From NCBI GenBank assembly GCA_963665665.1, contig OY762428.1, positions 352,001-416,000 of the forward strand: DNA of 64,000 nt, in the 5' to 3' direction. Made by a program: the position numbers and the translations under genes. The notes beneath the pieces were generated by a model. That model searched no databases. It saw only the letters and a program-made list of their open reading frames with translations, and had not been told where the DNA came from. This DNA is from Candidatus Kapaibacterium sp. GTDB lineage: Bacteria > Bacteroidota > Ignavibacteria > Kapaibacteriales > UBA2268. Below are positions 1-11,100 of the stretch, one piece after another (positions within the stretch are counted from its first letter, which is position 1; each line of letters begins with the position of its first letter).

Positions 1-600
1 GCTTTAGCGCCTTTAACGGCAAGGGTTATCTGTATCGGACTTCAACTAATGGAAAGTGAAGGCAATGATGAATGGAAAATGCTGAACGCAAAAGCATTTT
101 CTGTTGATGACAGCCTGAGCGGTGATGAAACAAAAACGGAAACCCTGGAATCAGGCAAGGAATGTATTCTTTCCACAGAAGAAAAAATGCTTGACTTCTT
201 CTGGAAAATTCTAATCCGTTACCCGCAGGCAAAGCTGATATCTTTTAACGGCAGAAATTTCGACGCCCCATTCCTTATGCTGCGTTCTGCCCTGCTGAAG
301 ATCAGGCCGAGCAGGAACCTGATGCAGGGAACAAAGTTTAATTATCAAAATCATATCGACCTGATTGACGAGCTGACTTTCTTTTCTCCCTCGTCTTATG
401 GAGCTACAAGGCGCTTCAATTTTGATTTCTACACCAGGGCTTTCGGGATAACTTCTCCTAAGTCCGAAGGAATTGACGGATCGAAAGTTGCCGACTTTTT
501 TGCCGAGGGCCGTATTGATGAAATTTCCGAATACTGCCTGCGGGACGTGAAAGCAACATGGGAGCTTTACCTTGAATGGAGGAAATTCCTTAGGTTTTGA
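1..600 (+). CDS. PolB-like 3'-5' exonuclease / RNase H-like domain protein (5' end lies before the window)
   Basis: Frame 1 is open from base 1 (ALAPLTARVICIG...). DEDD-type exonuclease motifs SFNGRNFDAPFL, HIDL and YCLRDV. Stop TGA at 598-600. Confidence 0.8.
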   Translation, partial: ALAPLTARVICIGLQLMESEGNDEWKMLNAKAFSVDDSLSGDETKTETLESGKECILSTEEKMLDFFWKILIRYPQAKLISFNGRNFDAPFLMLRSALLKIRPSRNLMQGTKFNYQNHIDLIDELTFFSPSSYGATRRFNFDFYTRAFGITSPKSEGIDGSKVADFFAEGRIDEISEYCLRDVKATWELYLEWRKFLRF

Positions 601-1488
601 CAGGAATGTTAATGAAATGTGAAGATGTTGTATTATAGATAATAATCAAATACTTACTTATTATGAAAAATACAAGGTTATGGAGTAGAGAAGAACTATT
701 ATTAGCAATAAACCTTTATTGTAAAACTCCATTTGGTAAATTGCATAAAGGAAATCCTGATATTATTGAGTTATCCAAAATTATTGGGAGAACTCCGTCC
801 GCTCTATCATGGAAATTGGTAAACTTTGCAAGTTTAGACCCAAGTTTGAAAGCCAGAGGAATCAAAGGAGCGAAGAATTCTAGTAAATTGGACAAAGCGA
901 TTTGGGAAGAATTTTATAATAATTGGGAGCAATTGGCTTATGAAAGTGAATTGCTCTTGCTTTATAAATTCAAAAAATATTTATTTAGTAAAGATGATGA
1001 CGTTAAACTAGGAAAGGAAAAAGAAAGAATTGTTAAAACAAGAATAAATCAATCATTTTTTCGTTCTACTTTATTAGCTTCATATAATTGTAAATGTTGT
1101 ATTACAGGCTTGAATAATCCGGATTTCTTGATTGCTAGTCATATTATTCCTTGGTCTGTTGACAAAAAAAATAGCTTGAATCCAAGAAATGGTCTTCTTA
1201 TCAATGCACTTCACGATAAAGCTTTTGAGTTTGGATATATAACCATATCAACTGATTATAAAGTTATTGTGTGTAACGACATCCTTAATTCTGAAAATTC
1301 TACTGATGAAAAGTATTTCAAAAAAATTCACAATAAAGATTTAATATTGCCTTCGAGATTTTTACCGGATATAGAGTTTTTAAAGTATCATAACAATGAA
1401 AAGTTTTTAAAATGATATAGCTGTAGATTTTGATTAATTGCCAGTATTGAATACTTACTTCAGGTAATTCCTTAGGTTTTGACGGGAA
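580..1488. mobile_element. Integrase-less inserted cassette carrying an HNH nuclease, bounded by att-like direct repeats
   Basis: AGG(A/T)AATTCCTTAGGTTTTGAC(A/G)GGAA at 580-606 and 1462-1488 (25/27 identical, 18-bp perfect core). The interior is visibly more AT-rich than the flanks. Confidence 0.65.
663..1415 (+). CDS. HNH endonuclease (HNH_2, predicted restriction endonuclease)
   Basis: N-terminal WSREELLLAINLY...FGKLH...GRTPSAL domain, then QSFFR...YNCKCCITG...IASHIIPW...NGLLINALHDKAFE...YHN HNH motif. Confidence 0.85.
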   Translation: MKNTRLWSREELLLAINLYCKTPFGKLHKGNPDIIELSKIIGRTPSALSWKLVNFASLDPSLKARGIKGAKNSSKLDKAIWEEFYNNWEQLAYESELLLLYKFKKYLFSKDDDVKLGKEKERIVKTRINQSFFRSTLLASYNCKCCITGLNNPDFLIASHIIPWSVDKKNSLNPRNGLLINALHDKAFEFGYITISTDYKVIVCNDILNSENSTDEKYFKKIHNKDLILPSRFLPDIEFLKYHNNEKFLK

Positions 1489-1492
1489 AAAA

Positions 1493-3382
1493 CTACCCCT
1501 TCAGCATCTCTGCTTTTTCATCCAATTCCAACCAGCGGAGAGTTTTTTCATCCAGTTCGTCGCTGATTTCGTCTAACTGGTTGCTGAGTTGTTCCATTTG
1601 CTGGTATTTTTCCGGGGGACAGTTTGCCAGTTCTTTTTCAATTCCTGCTTTTCTTTCTTCAAGTGCGGGTAATTCTTTTTCAAGCATTTCCAGTTCGCGC
1701 TTTTCCTTATAAGTCAATTTTTTACTGACTGAATTTTTTTCTCTTTGTTTCTTCTCAGGTTTAAATTCAGCTTTCAATCTGGCTGCTTCCCTTTTCTCAA
1801 TCTCCTTTTTTTCAAGATAGGCCGAATAATTTCCGGGGTATTCCTTTATGTTGCCGTTACCGTCGAATGCGAAAATGAATTCCACTGTACGGTCCAGAAA
1901 AGACCTGTCATGGGATACAATGATCAAAGTACCGTAAAAGTCATCAAGATAGTTTTCAAGTGCATTGAGGGTTTGAATATCAAAGTCATTAGTCGGTTCG
2001 TCCAAAAGAAGTACGTTGGGGTTGGCCATCAGAACCCTGAGCAATGCAAGCCTTCGTTTCTCGCCTCCTGATAATGTTTCAATCAGCGCCGACTGCTGTT
2101 TTGCGGGGAATAAAAACTTTTCCAGAAGGTCTTTTGTTGTCAGGTAACGGTCTCGTCCCACTCCAACGTCAATATAATCGGCTACCTGCCTGAGCGATCC
2201 AATAACGCTGTCCCTCGGGCGCAGGTCCCGGACTTCCTGCTCGAAGAAACCGAAATTAATGGAAGCTCCGAGTTTCACGGTTCCGTCATCGGCTTTATCC
2301 CGGCCACACAGAACGTTCAGCAATGTTGTTTTTCCACTTCCGTTGGGACCTATTATTCCTATTCTGTCCTTTGGCTTGGCAATGTATGTAAAATCATTAA
2401 AAAGCAGCTTGCCGCCGATTGATTTGGTGATAGAGTGGGCGTCGATTATCCTGCTGCCGAGAAAAGTTTTCCCCAATTCAATTTTTATCTTTTTCTCTTT
2501 TGTTCGTTTAGCTGATTTCCGCAATTCTTCAATCCAGTCAATTCTGCTTTTTTGCTTGGACCTTCTTGCTTTAGCGCCTTTTTGCAGCCAGGCAAGTTCG
2601 GTTCTAAGCCTTGTCAGCTTATGAGTAACTGTTGCTTCTTCAGCTTTTGTGAATGCTTCTTTCTGTTCAAGATAAGTCTGGTAATTGCCTGGGTAGTTGA
2701 ATATTCTCTGCTTGTCAATTTCAACAATTCTTGTTGTGATTGAATCAAGAAAATAACGATCGTGGGTTACAAACATAATTGACTGTGAGGAATTCATTAA
2801 ATAGTCCTGAAGCCATTGTACCGAATCAGCATCTAAGTGATTGGTCGGTTCGTCAAGAATCAGAAGTGTCGGCTTTGAAAGCAATGCCCTAGCCAGAGCT
2901 ACACGTTTTCGCAGCCCTCCGGAAAGCGTCGTAACATCCTGGTATAGGTCTTTTATTCCAAGCATAGTCAGAATTTTTTTTGCTTCCGGTTCGAGGTTCC
3001 ATCCGTCGCCGGTATCGATTTTATTCATAAGCCACTGAATTCTGTCCTGATCGGAACCCTTCAAAGAGCATAGCTCCCTGTATTCGTTCAGGTAGTCGAA
3101 CATTTCCTGGCGGGCCTTCATCACAGCATCAAGTACTACTTCATTACGGTCAAATTCAGGAAGCTGGTCAAGAAATTCAAGTGAAGCGCTATTGTTGAAA
3201 ATTACTTCACCCTCATCAGGCTCGACAAGCCCGGCGATAATTTTCATCAGAGTAGTTTTACCGGCGCCATTTTTACCGATAATACCAACTCTTTCCCCTT
3301 CCTCCATACCGAATGATACAGATGTAAATAATAGTCTGTCGTTATAAGTTTTTGCCAGTCCTGTACTTGAGAATATTGTCAT
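1493..3382 (-). CDS. uup: ABC-F family ATPase, Uup-like
   Basis: Two ABC cassettes (GKNGAGKTT / GPNGSGKTT, LSGG, LDEPTN), no TM segments, WLQKGAKARRSKQK linker and Uup-type C-terminal coiled coil (KLTYKEKREL...RWLEL). Confidence 0.85.
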   Translation of the reverse strand: MTIFSSTGLAKTYNDRLLFTSVSFGMEEGERVGIIGKNGAGKTTLMKIIAGLVEPDEGEVIFNNSASLEFLDQLPEFDRNEVVLDAVMKARQEMFDYLNEYRELCSLKGSDQDRIQWLMNKIDTGDGWNLEPEAKKILTMLGIKDLYQDVTTLSGGLRKRVALARALLSKPTLLILDEPTNHLDADSVQWLQDYLMNSSQSIMFVTHDRYFLDSITTRIVEIDKQRIFNYPGNYQTYLEQKEAFTKAEEATVTHKLTRLRTELAWLQKGAKARRSKQKSRIDWIEELRKSAKRTKEKKIKIELGKTFLGSRIIDAHSITKSIGGKLLFNDFTYIAKPKDRIGIIGPNGSGKTTLLNVLCGRDKADDGTVKLGASINFGFFEQEVRDLRPRDSVIGSLRQVADYIDVGVGRDRYLTTKDLLEKFLFPAKQQSALIETLSGGEKRRLALLRVLMANPNVLLLDEPTNDFDIQTLNALENYLDDFYGTLIIVSHDRSFLDRTVEFIFAFDGNGNIKEYPGNYSAYLEKKEIEKREAARLKAEFKPEKKQREKNSVSKKLTYKEKRELEMLEKELPALEERKAGIEKELANCPPEKYQQMEQLSNQLDEISDELDEKTLRWLELDEKAEMLKG

Positions 3383-3476
3383 ATATTTATATTTTTAATT
3401 ATATTTATCATTATTATTTTTATCATAAATTCAGACTGCAAAATAATACAAAGAGTTTCAGGGAAAAAGGATTAAG

Positions 3477-4280
3477 ATGAAAAAAAATAATAATATCGCC
3501 CTTATCACCGATTTCGGTATTGATGATATTTATGTAGGAGTTATGAAAGGAGTGATTCTGACGATCAATCCCGAGGCGAGTTTTATCGATCTGACTCACT
3601 CCGTTATGCCACAGAATATCCGGCAGGCTTCTTTTCTGTTGAAATCATCATATAAGTATTTTCCTAAGGGAACAATTTTCCTATGTGTTGTTGATCCCGG
3701 TGTCGGTTCTGCCAGAAAAGGATTGATTATCGAAGCCGAAGGCTATTATTTTGTTGGCCCTGATAACGGAATTTTTTCATTTCTGTTCAATATAGCAAAT
3801 AATCAATTCATTTACGAACTGAAAAATAACAGATATATTTCGCAAAATATCTCGAACACATTTCATGGAAGAGATATTTTTGCACCAGCAGCTGCATATC
3901 TTTCCAATGGGACTGATGCAAATAAATTCGGGAATAAATTGGAAAAAAAGGGATTAGTTTCATCTGGCAGCCCAATATTTGAGGCTAATAATAACGCCTG
4001 TGAATTTGAAATTCAACACATCGACCGCTATGGAAATATAATTACCTCGATACCAGAAAGTTATTCATTCCTAAATACTGAATTTGTAGAAATATTTAAT
4101 CAATCAGGAAAGTTAATTAATAAATTCAGAATTGTCAATAATTACTCAGAAGCCAAATCAGGAGAAACAATTATCTATAAAGGTAGTTATGGCTTTTACG
4201 AACTTGCTGTTTCAATGGGAAGTTTATTGAAGGAATGGAATAATGATGTAGATTTTAAAAAGTTTTATATTGCAAAATAA
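3477..4280 (+). CDS. SAM hydroxide adenosyltransferase (DUF62, SAM-dependent chlorinase/fluorinase family)
   Basis: TDFG, YVGVMKG, VVDPGVGSAR, GPDNG, TFHGRDIFAPAAA and IDRYGN motifs. Confidence 0.9.
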   Translation: MKKNNNIALITDFGIDDIYVGVMKGVILTINPEASFIDLTHSVMPQNIRQASFLLKSSYKYFPKGTIFLCVVDPGVGSARKGLIIEAEGYYFVGPDNGIFSFLFNIANNQFIYELKNNRYISQNISNTFHGRDIFAPAAAYLSNGTDANKFGNKLEKKGLVSSGSPIFEANNNACEFEIQHIDRYGNIITSIPESYSFLNTEFVEIFNQSGKLINKFRIVNNYSEAKSGETIIYKGSYGFYELAVSMGSLLKEWNNDVDFKKFYIAK

Positions 4281-4331
4281 TAACATTATTTAAAATTATA
4301 ATTTAATATTTGATATATATGTAATATTTAT

Positions 4332-4339
4332 TATCTTTG
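4332..4339 (+). promoter_or_regulatory. Bacteroidota-type -7 promoter box (TAnnTTTG)
   Basis: TATCTTTG upstream of the DUF1573/adhesin pair. The same box precedes ablA, the NMO gene, def, pepT and lpxB. Confidence 0.45.
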
Positions 4340-4469
4340 TTTCGATCACTTAGCAAGGCAAATCGATTAATCTGACGGGAATAACAATAAAAAAAAACTG
4401 ACAATTTTATTTTAGAATACAATGTTCTTTAAATAAATAAACTATTCCTACATCTTACAGGAGGTCGGT

Positions 4470-5144
4470 ATGAAAAGAATTATATTAACTATCCTAAGTT
4501 TATTTCTTTTCACAACAATTGCGATCATGGCACAGCCGAAGCTGAGTTTTGACTGTGGCAAGCGGATTGACCTGGGCGAATTATCAAAAGGAGCAACAAC
4601 TTCTACCGTTGTTACTCTTATAAACAGTGGCAATAAAACACTTGAAATTGATGATATTCGCTATGACAAAAAGTATATTACATTGAATTTCGAGAATATG
4701 ATTCTCGAACCCGGGGAATCAAGGCATATTGATATCAGTGTTAATACAGGCGATTTATCCGGAAAAATTCTTAAGAGCATTTCCTTTAGAACCAACGGCA
4801 CAAAAAAAGTAAGGCCGTTTTTCAACATTTATTTCATGGTTCCCGAACCATTGGAAATTGATCATACGCCGGTAATTCTTGTCGGTGAAGCAGACAATCC
4901 TGCAACAGGCAGTTTCAAAATGATTAACAACAGTAAATCGGATGTTCAGATTAAATCAGTGAAAACGACCGATGGCCTGTTTGTAAGAAATGAAACTCCG
5001 GCTTCATTAAGCTCCGGTACAAAATTTGAATTTGAATTGCTATTGCTTGAACAATCAGCAACGAATCAATTCATAACAATCGAAACGTCCCATCCGGATT
5101 ATCCGGAGATCAGGATTCCAGTTCATGCAAGGTTCAAGAAATAA
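4470..5144 (+). CDS. DUF1573 / Ig-like domain secreted protein
   Basis: Signal peptide; IDLGEL...NSGNKTLEIDDI...LEPGES...KSISFRTN pattern; a second similar Ig-like domain follows. Confidence 0.65.
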   Translation: MKRIILTILSLFLFTTIAIMAQPKLSFDCGKRIDLGELSKGATTSTVVTLINSGNKTLEIDDIRYDKKYITLNFENMILEPGESRHIDISVNTGDLSGKILKSISFRTNGTKKVRPFFNIYFMVPEPLEIDHTPVILVGEADNPATGSFKMINNSKSDVQIKSVKTTDGLFVRNETPASLSSGTKFEFELLLLEQSATNQFITIETSHPDYPEIRIPVHARFKK

Positions 5145-5152
5145 TAAAGGAA

Positions 5153-8100
5153 ATGAAGATGAAAAAGTTTTTACTGCTATTTTTAGTATCAGCATTATTG
5201 ATATTTTCCAATAGTGCCTACGCGGATATATTGGAAGTGGACGGATATACTTATGATCCGGACGAACTGGTTGAAGACGTTCTTCTTGGCGGAGGTATTT
5301 CCGTTACCAGCGTAACTTTTTTTGGCCTTGATAATTCATGGCTGTATCCTTCTGTCGGAACATTTGACGGCGAAGGAACGGACATAGGACTTGATGAAGG
5401 TATATTCCTTTCTTCAGGATTTGTATCAAATGCTTCGATGACAAATACTTATCCCAATATGACCGGCGAAATTTATACAGACGGTGACGATGACCTGGAT
5501 ATATTGATTGATCCTTATGTCACAATGGATAAGACAATATTGGAATTCGAATTTGTTCCAATTTTTGAAACTGTTGAATTCCGCTATGTTTTTGCATCCG
5601 AGGAATACCGGGAATGGGTTTGTAGCCAATTCAATGATGTTTTTGGATTTTTCGTTAGCGGCCCGGGTATTGACGGAGAGGACGGATTTGAAAATGATGC
5701 AATAAATATTGCAATTGTTCCGAATACAACCGACGTTGAAGTGGCAATCAATTCTGTTAATGACGGTTGTCATGATACGGAAGACGGAACAGACCCGATA
5801 TGTCCTTCTGTGTGCACGCCATCAAATACTATGTATTTTAATTGTAATGTTCCCGAATCCTGTGATCTTGATGGAGAGACAGTTGAATTCGACGGTTATA
5901 CAGATGTTTTCACTGCTCGTATCACAAATCTGGAACCATGTGAAACCTACAGGATTAAACTTGCTGTTGCTGATGCCGGTGACCGCTTGTATGATTCAGG
6001 TGTGTTCCTGGAGGCCGGATCGTTTACTTCAGTTGGTGAATACGGTGGTACTGAGGTAACTGTATGCTCGGGTGAAGATATTCAGATTGGCCCTGATGAA
6101 GTTTCAGGATTAACATATACCTGGACAGACCCGAACGGATACCTGAGTTCAACCAGCGCAGCTAACCCTGTTGTAAATATTACAAATACAAGCGGCGAAC
6201 CGGTTGATTATACATTTCCTCTGGAAATATCCGATTGTATTTCAACAACTTTTACAGTTACTGTAAATCCCGAACCGACACCTGATATTACCGGCGACGA
6301 AGAAGTTTGCCCTAATTCAGAGGGTGTTGAATATTATATTGATGCAATAAGCGATGCTTCCTACACATGGACTGTTGCTGGAAATATTTCAATTGCCAGC
6401 GGAACAAGTTCATCAACAGCTACAATGAATTTCACATCGGCAGGAAGTGCTACTATAACTGTTGCCGTAACAAATGCAGACGGATGCGTTGGTGAAGATA
6501 CTTTTGAAGTAACAATCAATGAAGATCCACCGGATCCGACAGTATATGGTTATTACCAGTGTGAAGAAGAAACCGTAACCTATACTCCTGTTTACGGCGA
6601 CGACTCAGCTTACGATTACGAATGGTCAGTAACCGGAGGTACAATAGTTGGCGACAACACAAACGCGCAATTTACCATAGCCTGGGGAACTGTTCCCGGA
6701 GACTATGAGATAAGCGTGCTGGTAACTGATAAAGAAACCGGATGCGAGGCAACTTATGAATACCCGGTCAGCCTGAATTATAAACCTACTGCTGAATTTA
6801 CTGGTGACATCAGTGTTTGTGCCGGAGGCCAGACTAGTTATAGCGCTACTGATGTTATCGATGATGGTGGCGAAGGCGGCTATGAAAGTGAGATGTTCTA
6901 TTCATGGTCAGTTACCGGCGGAACTATTGTTGTTCAAACCTTGGATGGCGAACATATACTGGTTGAATGGCCAACAACAGGAGGCTCTGCTACCGTTTCG
7001 CTTATCCAGACATCCTATGATGTTGGCGTAATGTGTACAAACGAGACAGAGCAGGTTATAACTATTGTTGAGCTAAGTCCGGAAATATATTGCGGCGATG
7101 ACGAAACAGACTGTAGTGCCTGTGCAAATGAAGAAGGCCAGATATTTTATACTGATGCTGATGAAGACCTGACTTACGAATGGTCAATCTCGGGAGGTAC
7201 AATTGTAAGTAATTTGATGCCTTATCAGATTGAAGTTGACTGGGGAGATGTTAGCCCCGGATCAATATCATTAACAGTAACCGAGATTGAATCGGGCTGT
7301 ACCGGTACTGCTGTAATGGAAGTAACACTAAACGAGAATCCTGATCCGATTATAATGGGAGACTGGGAAGCCTGTGAAGATGGAACGGGATCGCAGTTCC
7401 TGGTAATTAATCCTGAAGAAGGTGATACATATAGCTGGACAGTTGACTCTCCGGGAACAATCGTGGGTTCCGCTACAAGCAGTTCCATATCAGTTGACTG
7501 GGATGGCGCAGGTAGCGGTTATGTAACCTGCGAAGTTACCAACAGCAGCGGCTGTACAGCAACTGAAGAATTTGAATTCTATGTTTATCCCAACCCTGAT
7601 CCTGAAATTACAGGCGATAATAGTGTTTGTGCCGGAGAATCAATGGTAGAATATTCATGTCCATTGGTTGTACGCAGATATTATGATTGGAGTGTTACAG
7701 GTGGTACAATAGTAGGATCATCGACAGGAAACAGCATTACTGTTGACTGGGGTGATGCCGGTAGCGGAACTGTTTCTGTTATTGCCACAGAACGCCACAT
7801 GGAAGGCTTACTTGAATGTACCGGAACTGACGAACTTACCGTTACAATCAATCCTTTACCGGAGCCTGTAATAGCTGGAAATGCTGATGTTTGTGACAAT
7901 GCAACCGGAGAAATTTATGAAACTACAAACAATACAGGTAGTAGTTTTATATGGTTTATACATGGAAACGGATCAATAACAAATGGCGAATACACTAACC
8001 GTGTAACAGTTAACCTTTCAGTAGGTTCTGCTACACTGACAGTATACGAAACCGACGTGAACGGTTGTGAAAACTCAGATGATTTTGTTGTTACAACTCA

Positions 8101-11100
8101 TGAATATCCCGAGCCTTCAATCATTGGTACAAATGCACTTTGCGAAGGCAGCAGGAGTTCACAATATTATACAGAATACGACTCTGATAATACTTATTCC
8201 TGGACTGTTGTTGGCGGTACTATGACTGCCGGATCTGATCCTGCAAGAATTTTAGTTGACTGGGCCGGTTCTGGTACTGGAAGTGTTGAAGTAACAGAAA
8301 CAACCCCTTACGGTTGTGAATCAACAGATTTCATGACAATAGAATTATATGCAAATCCTGAACCTGAAATAACAGGAACTGAGACACTTTGTGAACTCAG
8401 CGAAGGAGAAATGTATTCTACTCCTGCAACTGAAGGCAGTACTTTCAGTTGGACAGTTAGCGGCGGTACTATCGTTGGTTCTGCTACAGGTAATTCAATT
8501 ACTGTTAACTGGGGCGATGCCGGTAGCGGTGTTGTTCAGGTTACAGAAACAAGTGCAGATGGTTGCGTTGGAATGGATGCAATGGGTATTACACTATATC
8601 CGAATCCGGAACCATCAATCAGCGGTTCCATTGAAACCTGCCAAAATGGAGAAACCCTGTCTTATTCAACGCCTTCAGTTAGTGGGCATGAATACTCATG
8701 GAGTATTACAGGCGGCAGTTTTGTTGGCGTATCAAATACATCAAGTGTAAGTGTTATCTGGGGCAGCCCCGGAACCGGAACTCTTATGGTTACTGAAACA
8801 ACCGAATACGGTTGCGAAGAAACAGATGAAATTCAGGTGACAATACTTGAGAATCCGGAACCTGTTATCAGCGGGCTTGATGAAATTTGTGAATACGAAA
8901 GCTCTGTTGTTTATACAGTTGCTGTTGACAATTCAGGCCGTGAATTCACCTATTTATGGGAAGTTACCGGTGGTACTATTGCCGGTTTAAATACAGGGCC
9001 CGGAGTAACTGTTAACTGGGGTGGCGCCGGAACAGGTACCGTAAAAGTTACTGAAACATCACAATACGGATGTGTTGGCGAATATGAAATGAGTGTTACA
9101 ATTCTAAGAAGCCCGACACCAGCTATAAGTGGCAAAATCAATGTTTGTGATGGCGAGGAAGCAGTTGCTTACCAGACAAATGCAGTAACCGGTGATACTT
9201 ATGCCTGGACTGTTAGTGGTGGTACGATTGTTAGCGGCCAGGGAACCAATACTATACTTGTTAATTGGGGAACTGCCGGTGCAGGTAATGTTTCGATAAC
9301 ACAGACTTCACAGGATGGCTGTGTTGGAGAGGATGATCTGGATGTTATGGTCAATCCTAATCCTGAGCCTATGATAACCGGTACAACAGGCCTCTGTGAA
9401 GGTGATGAAGGTCTGGTTTACCAGACTGAGAACATAGCAGGATATGACTATGAGTGGTCGGTTTCCGGCGGTACATTAGTCAGCGGCCAGGGAACAAACT
9501 CGATTACTGTCGACTGGGGTGGAGTCGGAACCGGAATGGTAGAAGTTCTTGTTACATCTGAATACGGATGTGAAGGTTCTGATGAACTTTATGTTGATAT
9601 TTATCCATATCCTACACCTGAGATAATGGGTGAAACAGAAGTATGTGCTCGTGAAACAGGTGCTGTATATTATACTTATGAAAATTCACCTGATAACAAT
9701 TATTTGTGGACTGTTACAGGCGGCAATATTTCCACCGGACAGGGAACATCGAGAATTGTTGTTACCTGGGGCGAAGCCGGAACCGGCACAGTTTCTCTTG
9801 TTGAATCTAATGATTATGGATGTAGTAGTTCAGATGAGCTTGATGTAACTATTCATCCTCTACCCGATGTTTATATTGAAGGTGAAACTATTGTTTGTGC
9901 CGACGAAGAAGCTGAATACAGAACTAATGTTGAACGTGGTACAACTGTTCTCTGGTCTGTAAGCGGAGGTACGATTATCGGCAACAATAGCGGCATTACA
10001 TGCAATGTGAAATGGGGCAGTGCAGGAACCGGTACAGTTACTCTTACAAGAACTAACAGCGAAACCGGCTGTAGTAATTCAAACGAAATTACTGTTACGG
10101 TTTACCCGATTCCTCAGCCACGCATTTCAGGCGATCAAGTTGTTTGTGGTAAATCCAGAGTTACCTATACAGCCAATAATGAACCCGGAACAAGTAATGA
10201 ATGGCTTGTTCTCAGAGGTGAGATAATTGGTGAAAATGACGGAAACAGTATTCTTGTAGAATGGGATGCTCTTGGTTCAGGCCTGGTAAGATTGACAAGA
10301 ACATCACCTGAAGGCTGTTCGAATTCAGACGAAATTGAAGTTACAATTAACCGTATGCCGCAGGCTCAGATTACCGGCGACACGGATCCCTGCTCAGGAG
10401 AAATTGCTACTTACGAGACATCCAACACCCCGGGAGCAGATTATCAATGGTCAGTTACCGGTGGTACGATTGTTGGACCTGATGACGAATACATGGTTGA
10501 TGTTGAATGGGGTAACCCTGGAAGCGGAGTTGTATATTTAACTAAAACGTCTGCCGAAGGCTGTGAAGATTCACGTTCACGCCAGGTGGATATTAAAGCT
10601 TCTCCATCAGCAAATATAACAGGCGAGATCATAGTTTGCGTTGGCCAGACCACTACTTATGACTCATTTATTGAAAATGGATCGGGTATTACAAGTAAAT
10701 GGACGCTGAGTGGCGGCGGAACAATTGACGGCCCGGATGACAGAAGCGCTGTTGATATTAACTGGACTACTGTCGGAACTTATAAAGTTCAGGTTACAAA
10801 AACAAACCAATGGGGCTGCAGCGAAACATCTGATATCGAAGTTTCAGTTGTGAATGGTCCCGAGCCGGAGATCAACGGAACAACATCAGTTTGCCTTGGT
10901 GATGACGAGATATATTCAACACCTGATGTTGCCAATATGACAAATGAATGGACTGTTGAAGGAGCAACTCTGCAATCTGGTAATACAGGAAACTCTATTG
11001 ATGTCCTGTTTGATCAGGTCGGAAATGTTACTATTACAGTTAAGCAGACAAATACTCTGAACGGTTGTGAAGGTATAGCAGAGATTGAAATAATTGTTAA

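Noticed and set aside
3477-4280. Possible fluorinase/chlorinase
   Set aside because: It has the Asp/Arg (DPGVGSAR) and His (TFHGRD) residues of SAM hydrolases (DUF62); halogenases lack this His.
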